Both the position numbers and the translations under genes were made by a program. A DNA stretch of 64,000 nt from an uncultured Clostridia bacterium (lineage in GTDB: Bacteria > Bacillota > Clostridia > TANB77 > CAG-508): assembly GCA_934167835.1 (NCBI GenBank), contig CAKPLZ010000001.1, positions 138,005-202,004 on the forward strand, given 5' to 3'. Positions 23,410 to 32,900 of the stretch are shown here, piece by piece (position 1 is the stretch's first letter; every line of letters begins with the position of its first letter). Under the pieces are notes generated by a model. It was not told the origin of the DNA. It did no database searches and worked only from the letters and a program-made list of their open reading frames with translations.

Positions 23410-24946
23410 TTAATTACTCCAATACTTTCTATCTATTGACCTATATTGTATTGCTTCTGCTATGTGTTTTACTTCTATGTTTTCACTTTCATCTAAGTCA
23501 GCTATTGTTCTGGCAACTTTTAGTATTCTTCCATAAGCACGAGCACTTAATTTTAATTTGTTAAACGCATTTTCTAAAATAAGTTTTCCTTTTGAATCTA
23601 ATGTACAATATTTTTCTATTAATTTTGGGGTTAATTCCGAATTGGATAGGATTTTATTTGATTTATATCTTTCTAGTTGAATTTTTCTTGCTTTATTTAC
23701 TCTTTTTTTAATTTCTTCTGATGTTTCGATTTTTTCACTAGAATCTAATTTTTGATATTTGACTGGGCTTACTTCTATACAGATGTCTATTCTATCTAAA
23801 AGTGGTCCACTAATTTTTCCCATGTACTTTGAAATTGAATTTGGTGTGCATGTACATTCTTTGTCTTTCGAACCAAAATATCCGCACGGACATGGATTCA
23901 TGCTTGCTGCAAACATAAAATTAGCTGGATATGTAAAACTTCCATTTACTCTTGAAACCGTAACTTGTCTATCTTCTAATGGCCCTCTTAGAACCTCTAA
24001 TGTGCTTTTATGAAATTCTGTTAATTCATCTAAAAATAAAACTCCATAGTGTGCTAGGCTTATTTCTCCGCGGTTTTGGAATTCGTCCTCCTCCAACTAG
24101 TGATACTCCTGATATAGTGTGATGTGGAGCTCTAAATGGCCTTGTTGTAATTAATGGAACATCTTGTGTTAGAGTACCTGCTATACTGTGTATTTTTGTT
24201 ATTTCCAATGCTTCTTCAAAGCTTAGATCTGGTAAAATTGTTGGGAGTCTTCTAGCAAGCATTGTTTTTCCTGAACCTGGGCTTCCAATTAATAGGCAAT
24301 TGTGTGCTCCTGCTGCAGCAACTTCAAGGGCTCTTTTAATGTTCTCTTGACCTTTTACTTCTGAGAAATCAAAATTATATTTTTGATTTGTTTTAAAGTA
24401 TTCTTCAATATTTACTTTTTTTGGTTCTATAACCTCGTTTTTATTTAGAAAATTTATAACTTGCATTAGGTTTCCTGCTGGTAATACATCAATTCCTGAT
24501 ACAATTCCAGCTTCTTCTGCATTATCTTCAGGAACTATAATTTTCTTCATTCCAAGCCTTCTAGCTTCTATACACATTGGTAAAATTCCATTTACTCTAC
24601 TAATTTTTCCATCTAAAGATAACTCACCTATAAAAGCTATATTATCTGTCTCTTTTGTATTTATCACTTCCATTGACATTAAAATTCCTATTGCTATTGG
24701 CAAATCAAAACTTGAGCCCTCTTTTTTAATATCTGCTGGTGCTAAATTAACAACAATTTTTTTACTTTGAAAATCTACATCTGAATTTTTTATTGCTGTT
24801 TTTACCCTTTCTTTTGCTTCCTTAACGCTTGCATCAGGTAACCCCACCACTTCCCATGCTGGAAGCCCACTTGATACATCTACCTGTACATCGACTAAAT
24901 ATCCATCAAGCCCATGTAAAGCCATACTTTTTACTATTGATAACAT
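23410..24946 (-). CDS. comM: YifB/ComM-family Mg-chelatase-like AAA+ ATPase; one apparent +1 frameshift
   Basis: Two overlapping track ORFs join as ...VSLVGGGRIPKP/GEISLAHYGVLFLDELTEF once the extra base at ~24070 is removed. Length minus 1 gives 512 codons. Confidence 0.8.
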
Positions 24947-25047
24947 ATTTCCTCCTTGAATTTAAACGGCGAAATGCCTTGAAATAATTTTGATAGAATT
25001 AATTTCCATTATAATATCATAGATTTTTTAAAAATGCAATGATTTGT

Positions 25048-25082
25048 GTAAAAAAAATAATGGACTAGAGATTCTAGTCCAT
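25048..25082 (-). terminator. Rho-independent terminator of the 3D/G5 gene
   Basis: tggactaga gatt ctagtcca, with a T-run on the minus strand. Confidence 0.7.
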
Positions 25083-25092
25083 TTAATGTTTA

Positions 25093-26016
25093 TTAGTCTA
25101 ATACTTCAACCTCAACATATCTTACGCCCCATCTTAATGCTTCTGCGTGTGAGTTCATGTATATGTCTATTCGGTTTCCTTGTATTGCTCCGCCTCTATC
25201 TTCAACAACATAAGTTGTTCCATTTATTACTACTTTTGTTCCAAATGCAAATGTTCTAGGTGCTGCTATTGTGTGGTTTGCTGTTGCTTTTGCTCCTGAT
25301 GCTGTTATTCCATTTGTTTTACCACAACATTGCATACATGCACAATATGCTGTTACTTTATATACTCCACTTTTGCCTGATGTTCCTGATACTCTACTGT
25401 ATGAGCTTCTTGATGTTATTGATGATTTTGTTTGAACCTGAACAATTTTATCAACTGGTTCTTTAATTACTTCTGAAGATAATTCTTCTCTTAATATTTC
25501 AACATCGTCTTGATATGTTACCTTATATGTTACCTTTTTTTCACCATTTTTACCATATTGAATAATTGCATTTCTTGTTGTTGCTGCTCCGTTAGATACA
25601 TCTTTAGTAATAGTTGCAAAAGGTATTTCCTCTATTACTGTTTCAATTTTTTCTGTTATATTTGTATAATTTTCAAGCATTTTTTCTTTATCAATTTCTG
25701 TTGATACATTTTCTGCTATTTTAACAGGTTCGTTTGTATCTGTTGAAATAATAATTTCATTTTTATTTGTTATTTCACTTTCTAAGCTTGGATATACTTT
25801 TTCATTTTCCTCTAATACAATGTGATTTTCATTTAATATATCTTGAACTTTAGTTTTTGATGTTATAACTGTGATTTCTTGATTGTTTGAAAATTTTATA
25901 TTAACACTGTTTAGTTTTACATTTCCTGCAAATACTGATATTCCTAATACGATTAAAAATATTGTGCTTATTATTAAAATCTTTTTTATATTTGAATTTT
26001 TTAAACAATTCTTCAT
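25093..26016 (-). CDS. G5- and 3D-domain cell-wall protein (YabE/YocH-like)
   Basis: Signal anchor, G5-like middle region, C-terminal 3D domain (...TASGAKATANHTIAAPRTFAFGTKVVINGTTYVVEDRGGAIQGNRIDIYM). Confidence 0.8.
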   Translation of the reverse strand: MKNCLKNSNIKKILIISTIFLIVLGISVFAGNVKLNSVNIKFSNNQEITVITSKTKVQDILNENHIVLEENEKVYPSLESEITNKNEIIISTDTNEPVKIAENVSTEIDKEKMLENYTNITEKIETVIEEIPFATITKDVSNGAATTRNAIIQYGKNGEKKVTYKVTYQDDVEILREELSSEVIKEPVDKIVQVQTKSSITSRSSYSRVSGTSGKSGVYKVTAYCACMQCCGKTNGITASGAKATANHTIAAPRTFAFGTKVVINGTTYVVEDRGGAIQGNRIDIYMNSHAEALRWGVRYVEVEVLD

Positions 26017-26052
26017 ATATTTATTAAATCCCTCCTCGGACTCACAAGTTCT

Positions 26053-26103
26053 ATTATACTATTATTTTACAGTTTTGTCAAATTTCTGTAATATTTTTGT
26101 AAT
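26053..26103 (-). promoter_or_regulatory. Promoter (TTGACA-17-TATAAT) with an abutting WalR-type box TGTAAT-ATTTT-TGTAAT
   Basis: -35 at 26076-26081 and -10 at 26053-26058 (reverse complement). Direct-repeat hexamers at 26087-26092 and 26098-26103 match TGTWAH-N5-TGTWAH exactly. Confidence 0.55.
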
Positions 26104-26303
26104 ATTTCTAAGTTTTTCCTTATTTATTATATGCATACTTGTACCATTTTATTCTTACGGAAACTGACTTTTTTTAATTTTTTTCATTTGCGAATACTTC
26201 ACTAATGTTTATTCATATATATTATATCTGGCCTTGCTTTTGCTATGGTCTTTGTGTTATAATTCTTTTGTAAAATATAAAAATTGATAGGAGGTTTTTG
26301 AAT

Positions 26304-26864
26304 ATGTCAGGATTTTGGATTGCTTTAATTATTATCGTTGTCTTAATTTTAATTGTTATAAAACTTTATAATGATTTAGTAGGTTTAAGACAAAGAGCAA
26401 GAAATGGTTGGAGCCAAATTGATGTTCAATTACAAAGAAGATTTGATTTAATTCCAAACTTAGTTGAAACTGTTAAAGGTTATATGGGACATGAATCAGA
26501 TGTTTTAACTAAAGTTACTGAACTTAGAACATCTTGGGCAAATGCAAGCACTGTAAAAGAAAAATCTGAATTAGATACAGAATTATCAGGTGCTTTAAAA
26601 ACTATTATGGCTGTTTCTGAGAATTACCCAGACTTAAAAGCAAGTGCAAACTTTGCTGAATTACAAGAAGAGCTACAAAATACAGAAAACAAAATAGCTT
26701 TCTCAAGACAATTTTATAATGATGTTGCAACAAGATATAATACAAAATTAGAAGTAATTCCTTCAAATATTATTGCTTCATTATTCCATTTTGAACCAGT
26801 TCAATTATTTGAAGCTGAAAGTCAAGAAGCTAGAAAAAATGTTAAAGTTGATTTTGGAAAATAA
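26304..26864 (+). CDS. lemA: LemA-family protein
   Basis: [61 protein letters not shown] taggagg. Confidence 0.85.
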   Translation: MSGFWIALIIIVVLILIVIKLYNDLVGLRQRARNGWSQIDVQLQRRFDLIPNLVETVKGYMGHESDVLTKVTELRTSWANASTVKEKSELDTELSGALKTIMAVSENYPDLKASANFAELQEELQNTENKIAFSRQFYNDVATRYNTKLEVIPSNIIASLFHFEPVQLFEAESQEARKNVKVDFGK

Positions 26865-26868
26865 ATCT

Positions 26869-26900
26869 AAAAGTGGTCATTTATTTGACCACTTTTTTTA
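26869..26900 (+). terminator. Rho-independent terminator of lemA
   Basis: aaaagtggtca / tgaccactttt followed by T8. Confidence 0.75.
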
Positions 26901-27944
26901 TTTCTTTTTTCCTATATTACTAACTTTAAGTTTTAAATCTCTTAATTTATATCCACATTTCTCAAATAGAAAATATATTACGGGGTTATAAATCTTATGC
27001 ATATCCATAAATTCAACAAAATCTGCATTAAACCCTTTTTTGAATCTGTAAAGTCCCTCATTATAATGAGTTTCATCTGTTGCACATACTCCTCTAAAGT
27101 CATAACAATCCATATTTCGTTCTATTGCCTGTTTTATCATTTCCCATTGAAGTAAGTATGTTGACATTAGATTTCTGTGTTCATTTAAGCTGCCTCCATA
27201 CAAATACCATTCTTTATTTCCATAGAATATATTTAATACACATGAAATTGGTTTATTTTCATATTCTGCAAAAACAAGTTTTAGATGTTTTTCATCAAAG
27301 CTATCAAAAAACTTTTCAAAGTATTCTTTTTTTCTGATGTAAAATCCATCTCTTGAGCCTGTTGTTTCTAAAATTTTTTGAAATTCATCTAAATCACATT
27401 TTGTTCCTTCTCTTAATTTTACCCCTTTTCTTGTTGCAAGTCTTATATTATATCTTGTTTTTGAATGGAAAGAATTAAATACTTCCTCTTCTGTTTTTCC
27501 TTTTAAATCGAGCCTAAACACATATCTTGGTTGCAAAAGTGTATTTACATCTTTAATTTTTTCTTCAACTTTAAATCCGTATTTTTTAGCCATATTTTTA
27601 AAAGTTTGATTACTTGCTAAAATATCTGGATCCATTTTTAGCATAAATGCTTTATATTTCTTTGCGAGAATATCTGCTTCTTCAATTAACTTTTTAAATG
27701 TTTCTTCATCATCTATATCGCACACTGGACCTCTTGGTGAGTACATTAAACTTTGATTTATATATGGTAATTTACGTATTAAAATGCTCATACTGCCCTT
27801 AATATTTCCTTGATTATCTCGTATAATAATAACTTCATTTTGCCATTCATTTTTAATTTTAGCCCATTCTAAGCTTTGTGCATAATGACCTTTTTCATGT
27901 TTTTCTAAAAATTCTTGGTATTCTTTCTGGTTAAAGTCTTTCAT
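26898..27944 (-). CDS. FemAB-family peptidoglycan aminoacyltransferase
   Basis: 348 aa with a Fem-like bilobal acyltransferase pattern. Confidence 0.7.
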   Translation of the reverse strand: MKDFNQKEYQEFLEKHEKGHYAQSLEWAKIKNEWQNEVIIIRDNQGNIKGSMSILIRKLPYINQSLMYSPRGPVCDIDDEETFKKLIEEADILAKKYKAFMLKMDPDILASNQTFKNMAKKYGFKVEEKIKDVNTLLQPRYVFRLDLKGKTEEEVFNSFHSKTRYNIRLATRKGVKLREGTKCDLDEFQKILETTGSRDGFYIRKKEYFEKFFDSFDEKHLKLVFAEYENKPISCVLNIFYGNKEWYLYGGSLNEHRNLMSTYLLQWEMIKQAIERNMDCYDFRGVCATDETHYNEGLYRFKKGFNADFVEFMDMHKIYNPVIYFLFEKCGYKLRDLKLKVSNIGKKK

Positions 27945-27960
27945 TTTTACAGTTTCCTTT

Positions 27961-28728
27961 CTAAATATTAAATATCTTTTTGGCGTTTTGATATGTTACT
28001 TCTGCAATTTTTTGTACAGGTATTTGCTTAAAATCTGCAATTTTTTCGGCTGTATATTTTACATTTCTAGAATCATTTCTAGTTCCTCGAACAGGTTCTG
28101 GACTTAAATATGGTGAATCTGTTTCAATTAACATTTTTTCTATTGGAATGCTTTTTAAAAATTCCTCAGCATTTTTGGAATTTTTAAAAGTTACAGGTCC
28201 TGCAATTGATATATAAAAATCTAGCTTTAAAGCTTCTTTTGCAAGTTCAATATTTAGTGGGCAACAATGAAAAACGCCTTTATTTATGCATTTAATCTTG
28301 TTTTTTAGTATATCTAATGTATCCATTATAGCATCTCTTGTGTGTATTACTATTGGTAAATTCATTTGGTTTGCAATTTCTATTTGCTCCATGAAAATTT
28401 GTTTTTGCTTTTCTTTGTTCTCTTTATTCCAATAATAATCAAGCCCAATTTCTCCTATTGCAACCACTTTTTTTTCATTTGCCATTTTTATTATTTGTTC
28501 CTTATAATCAATTGGCAAGTTTTCTATATCATTTGGTGATATTCCCACTGTTGCATAAATAAAGTCATGTTTTTTTGCAATCTCTATTGCTTTTCTTGAA
28601 CTTTCTAAACTATACCCTGCATTTACAACTGATGTTATACCTTCATTATATATTTTTTGAATTATTTCTTCTCTATCAATATCAAACTTTTCATCATTAT
28701 AGTGTGCATGTGAATCAAATAGTTCCAT
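27961..28728 (-). CDS. tatD: TatD-family metal-dependent hydrolase
   Basis: MELFDSHAHYNDEKF..., 255 aa. Confidence 0.85.
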   Translation of the reverse strand: MELFDSHAHYNDEKFDIDREEIIQKIYNEGITSVVNAGYSLESSRKAIEIAKKHDFIYATVGISPNDIENLPIDYKEQIIKMANEKKVVAIGEIGLDYYWNKENKEKQKQIFMEQIEIANQMNLPIVIHTRDAIMDTLDILKNKIKCINKGVFHCCPLNIELAKEALKLDFYISIAGPVTFKNSKNAEEFLKSIPIEKMLIETDSPYLSPEPVRGTRNDSRNVKYTAEKIADFKQIPVQKIAEVTYQNAKKIFNI

Positions 28729-28794
28729 AATATCTCCTCTTAAAATATTAGAGACGGTTGTTTTCCGTCTCTATTATGTTTTACTTAATAAATT

Positions 28795-30072
28795 TTAAAC
28801 AACATAATCATCATATACATCTTCTTCTATGTCACTATAATCCATGTCTTCATTGTAATCTGTTTCATCATATTCATCGAAATTATTATTAAATTGTTCA
28901 ATTATTGAATACAATATTTTGTTTTGTTTAATATTTTCATACATTTCGTTATAATCTGCTTCTGTTAATTCATCTGATTTTATTGAAGATGATGTTTCTC
29001 TCTTATTTATTACTACATTTTGTTCACTTTCATATTTTATTTTTAGTGTTACAAAAGAATTATCCTCAACATTTACTCTTATTTTTATTGTTCCACTATT
29101 TTTGTCTTTTTTCTCAATTGTTATAGAAAGTATTTTTTGTGCATCTTTAGTTGTTGCTGCTCTTGTATTTTTTAAAACGTTAATGTTTTTTTCTTTTCTT
29201 CCAATGTTATATTCTAAAGCATAAGCTGTATCGTTTGTAACATCTAGTGCTGCAATTTCAACCTTTACAACGCTATTTAAGAAACTTCTTGTGTATATTG
29301 ATACATCAACATAAACTTCGTCTGTTTCATTAAGCTGCATACTTTCTTGCAAGTCAAGTAATGTTTTAGCTAATTCTTCATTTTGTAAATATTCATTACA
29401 TTGTTTTAGAATTTTCGTTTCTATTGCTATTGCTTCTTTTAGAGTCAATCTTATTGTTGATTTTCTTGTAGTTTTTCCATCAAGTTTAACAGTTTCTTGA
29501 GTGAATTCTTTTTTATCAATTTCATCTAAAAGAATATGTTTTATTTCCCTTTTTATATCTTCTACTTGTTCTACTGAAGAGTTATCGAAAATTTCTTGAA
29601 CATTAATGTCTTCTAAGTTTTCACTTGGTACTTCAATATATTTTCTATATATATCTTTTAAATAGAAATATATTCTATCATCTTGAATTAGTCCATCTAC
29701 ATTTAATAATTGGCTACCAAGAACTGAAGCCTTTAGATTTTCATTAATAATTCTTTTTTCTAAGTCTACTTCAGAATTCAAATTTAATTTTATTAAACTT
29801 AAGTATGAGTTCATTGCTTCAATACTTTCATCTGTTCCTTCACATGAAGCTGTAACTTCTAAACTAACTTTTTCACTTTTTACATCATTTGAATTATCTT
29901 TCTTAAATGCATTAAGTACTGCCTCTCTAAATATTTTTATTGGACGCCTTGTCATTATATCTGTAAGTATAATTGTGGCAACTCCTGCAATAACTATTAT
30001 GGCTAAGGCTGTTAATATTCCATTGATGATTTTTTTTCTTCTAATTCTTTTTTTTAGGCTACCTTCTTCCAT
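28795..30072 (-). CDS. Hypothetical membrane-anchored protein (425 aa, acidic C-terminus)
   Basis: Signal anchor ILTALAIIVIAGVATIIL. No recognisable domain. Two A8 tracts within the first 15 codons. Confidence 0.5.
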   Translation of the reverse strand: MEEGSLKKRIRRKKIINGILTALAIIVIAGVATIILTDIMTRRPIKIFREAVLNAFKKDNSNDVKSEKVSLEVTASCEGTDESIEAMNSYLSLIKLNLNSEVDLEKRIINENLKASVLGSQLLNVDGLIQDDRIYFYLKDIYRKYIEVPSENLEDINVQEIFDNSSVEQVEDIKREIKHILLDEIDKKEFTQETVKLDGKTTRKSTIRLTLKEAIAIETKILKQCNEYLQNEELAKTLLDLQESMQLNETDEVYVDVSIYTRSFLNSVVKVEIAALDVTNDTAYALEYNIGRKEKNINVLKNTRAATTKDAQKILSITIEKKDKNSGTIKIRVNVEDNSFVTLKIKYESEQNVVINKRETSSSIKSDELTEADYNEMYENIKQNKILYSIIEQFNNNFDEYDETDYNEDMDYSDIEEDVYDDYVV

Positions 30073-30136
30073 ATTATCTCCCCCCTTTAACTATTCATAA
30101 AATAATATCACACTCTTCATATAAAAGTCAATGTAT

Positions 30137-30574
30137 TTACTTGATTTTTCTGTAATAAATTGTGTTTTCAAACTCTGTTCCCTTTAAATAATATATGTTA
30201 TGACTTTGTTCATTTATAACATATATATTTTTATCTTCAATAGTTCCTCCACCATAATTTAAAGACACATTATACAATTTACTTAAGTCTATTTTATAAT
30301 AGTTTGCATTATCTTTTGAACTTGCTTGTCCTCCTAAATCGATATTTGCAATAGGTGTGGTTCCAACTATTGGTATTGTTCCATTTTTACTATAATAAAC
30401 TTGCACTTTTCCTTCTAGTAATTCAATATCTGCACACATATAATTATAATCTCGTATATCTTTACCTGTATCAACATGGCTAATTGCTATACCTGTTAGT
30501 ATTGCTATAATAATTATTGTTAAAAGCAAAATTACTAATGTTACTCCTTTTGAATTTTTTAGGGTGTTCTTCAT
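30137..30574 (-). CDS. Small secreted or membrane protein with a prepilin-like N-terminus lacking Glu5
   Basis: MKNTLKNSKG|VTLVILLLTIIIIAILTGIAIS. Confidence 0.35.
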   Translation of the reverse strand: MKNTLKNSKGVTLVILLLTIIIIAILTGIAISHVDTGKDIRDYNYMCADIELLEGKVQVYYSKNGTIPIVGTTPIANIDLGGQASSKDNANYYKIDLSKLYNVSLNYGGGTIEDKNIYVINEQSHNIYYLKGTEFENTIYYRKIK

Positions 30575-30627
30575 TTGTATCCTCCTTAAACTTTATATAA
30601 TAATTTTTACACTTAATTTATAAAAAG

Positions 30628-31245
30628 TCAAGTATTTTTCTGCTTTTCAATTAAGTTTCTTATTCTTTTTTTCATTTTTGTTCTTTTATTCTCTTGTCTT
30701 ACTATTATGTATAAATACAGCAATATTAACAATACACCAATATTGTGAAAAACAATTGTTATTATTATACTAATTATTGCTAGTATTATGAGCAGTATAT
30801 TCGCAATTTTATTTGTTATATTATCAGCCACAGCACTTCCCAATCTTATTGATATGTAAGATTTTAATATTCGTCCTCCATCTAGTGGATATATTGGTAA
30901 TAGATTACATATTGCTAATACCAAGTTTGTGTTTACTATAATCTGACTTTTATCAATATTAATAGTCATAAAAGCCAATGCAATTATAATATTTATTACA
31001 GGACCTGCTAGTGCTATTAGTATTTTATTTTTTTCTGTATTTTCAAAACTTTCAAAAGCAATACCTATCCCAAACGGCTGTATTTCAAGTACTTTAGGCT
31101 TTAATTTTAATATGATTCCCATTATTGCATGTGCACATTCATGTATTAAAGCAAATCCCATAAGCCACGCATATATTTCTATTTGTTTTGTGAGTATAAA
31201 CAATATAATTACTACAAAGATTTGTATATTTATCCTTATTAGCAA
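30628..31245 (-). CDS. Site-2 protease family (M50) protein, SpoIVFB-like, no CBS domain
   Basis: HECAHAIMG zinc motif, PLDGG motif, 205 aa. Confidence 0.55.
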   Translation of the reverse strand: MLIRINIQIFVVIILFILTKQIEIYAWLMGFALIHECAHAIMGIILKLKPKVLEIQPFGIGIAFESFENTEKNKILIALAGPVINIIIALAFMTINIDKSQIIVNTNLVLAICNLLPIYPLDGGRILKSYISIRLGSAVADNITNKIANILLIILAIISIIITIVFHNIGVLLILLYLYIIVRQENKRTKMKKRIRNLIEKQKNT

Positions 31246-31257
31246 TTTCTCATCTCC

Positions 31258-32148
31258 TTAAAATTGCAAAACTAAATCTGGGTCTATAAGTTCTCCGTTT
31301 CTTAATATTTCAAAATGCAAATGGGGGCCTGTGGCATTTCCTGTGGCACCCACCTCAGCTATTGTCTGGCCTTGAACTACGTTTTCTCCCTCGGTAACGC
31401 ATAATTTACTGCAATGTGCATATAATGTTTCTATTTCACCATTTTTTATTATTATATGATTTCCATATCCACCATTTCCTGATGATTCAATTACTATGCC
31501 ATCCATTGCCGCTTTTACTTCTGTTCCAGTTATTCTCGCAATATCTATGCCTGTGTGAAATTTTGAAACAATTGGATTATCTGATTCTCTTGTTCCAAAT
31601 CTTGAAGTAATTTCACCTGTTAGTGGTTTTATAATTGATATATTAGTTCTAACAAATAATGCATTTTTTTCCATTTCAGACATATTATTAAATTTTTCTT
31701 GCTCTTCTATTTCCTCTTGAGTATCTTCTGTTGCAGGTTTTGTGCTATTATTTTTTTCTGTTTCCTCATTAGCAATATATGCTGCAGATAGTGTTTCTTC
31801 TTTAAACTCACTTTCTGATTTATTCTCTTCATTTTGTTCCTTTTGGCTAAAATAGTTTATGCCTTTATTATATAATTCCTGTACATTTAAATCATATTCT
31901 AATATATCAGAGATTTTATTTAATACATCTTGCGGTACTAAATTGGGAACATTTTTGGCACATATAAAAGCAACATACAAAATTGCACAAATGATAAATT
32001 GAGCGATAAGTTTTTTTCTAAAACTACCTGAATTATTGCTCTCTACATTTACTGTTGCGCTTCTATTAGTTTCTTTTTGCATCTTTCTTCTTGCATACAA
32101 TTCTTCTGCTCTTCTTATTCTTTCATCTTGACTTAATACCCTTTCCAT
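31258..32148 (-). CDS. Membrane-anchored M23 (LytM) peptidase, SpoIVFA-like partner of the M50 protein
   Basis: Cytoplasmic N-terminus, TM helix, intact M23 motifs HTGIDIA...D and HLHFEI. Lies 13 bp upstream of the M50 gene. Confidence 0.55.
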   Translation of the reverse strand: MERVLSQDERIRRAEELYARRKMQKETNRSATVNVESNNSGSFRKKLIAQFIICAILYVAFICAKNVPNLVPQDVLNKISDILEYDLNVQELYNKGINYFSQKEQNEENKSESEFKEETLSAAYIANEETEKNNSTKPATEDTQEEIEEQEKFNNMSEMEKNALFVRTNISIIKPLTGEITSRFGTRESDNPIVSKFHTGIDIARITGTEVKAAMDGIVIESSGNGGYGNHIIIKNGEIETLYAHCSKLCVTEGENVVQGQTIAEVGATGNATGPHLHFEILRNGELIDPDLVLQF

Positions 32149-32222
32149 AAAAAAACACCTCTTATTTTCTAGAATACATTTTGTACAATATATTCTAAAA
32201 ATAAGGGGATTAGAACTTGTAT

Positions 32223-32564
32223 TTATATTATAGCAAATATAACATCTATTACAATAATGCTTGCAAGTATTGCAGTTATCATTTTTAATTTTTTATACTT
32301 TAATTCTATCTGTTTTATTGAATAGCTTTTATGCTCCTTTTCTTTTTCAACTTTTGATAGGAAGTTGCTTACTACCATTTCCGCTTCTTTAATAATATAA
32401 TCTTCATTTTTTACTCCACTGCACTTTACTTCTTCTTTTCCTTGATTTATATGCTCTAAGGATTTGATTTTTTTATTGCTTTTTAAAATCACAAAAGCTT
32501 CATCTACTATATTTGATGGTAAATCCTTAAGAACAATTATATTTTTCATAGATTCTGGTTTCAT
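32223..32564 (-). CDS. Hypothetical protein with a C-terminal TM helix
   Basis: ORF with an RBS; no recognised family. Confidence 0.4.
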   Translation of the reverse strand: MKPESMKNIIVLKDLPSNIVDEAFVILKSNKKIKSLEHINQGKEEVKCSGVKNEDYIIKEAEMVVSNFLSKVEKEKEHKSYSIKQIELKYKKLKMITAILASIIVIDVIFAII

Positions 32565-32612
32565 AAATTACCTCCAGTAAAATCTTTTCCATTTTTTCCG
32601 TTTTTATACATT

Positions 32613-32855
32613 TTATTTAGGTGGAGCAATAATAATTCTAATATCATCTACCATATAGTTTTTTTTAGCAATCAATTCTGAAAAACCTGCAACATCATTT
32701 GTTACTACCATTGTTTTACACTCTTTTTTTATTAATTCTTTTATTACATTATCCGTTTTTTCCAAATCTTCTATTTTGTATGTTTCAGCTCCTAAAAGCT
32801 CAAAAAGTCTAAAGCTTTTTTCATCTTTAGCGGATTTCAAAAAAGATATTTTCAT
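32613..32855 (-). CDS. Hypothetical small protein (weak V-ATPase subunit F-like pattern)
   Basis: 80 aa; pattern only. Confidence 0.3.
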   Translation of the reverse strand: MKISFLKSAKDEKSFRLFELLGAETYKIEDLEKTDNVIKELIKKECKTMVVTNDVAGFSELIAKKNYMVDDIRIIIAPPK

Positions 32856-32900
32856 AAAAAATCACCACTAATATTTTTATCTATTAGTAGTGATTTATAC

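Noticed and set aside
30137-30574. Type IV pilin or pseudopilin call for the 145-aa protein
   Set aside because: The N-terminus resembles a class III signal (KG|VTLVILLL...), but the invariant Glu5 is absent and no pilus assembly genes are adjacent. Kept as low-confidence.
32613-32855. 80-aa ORF as a V-type ATPase subunit F
   Set aside because: There is only a loose pattern resemblance and no other V-ATPase genes nearby. Left as hypothetical.
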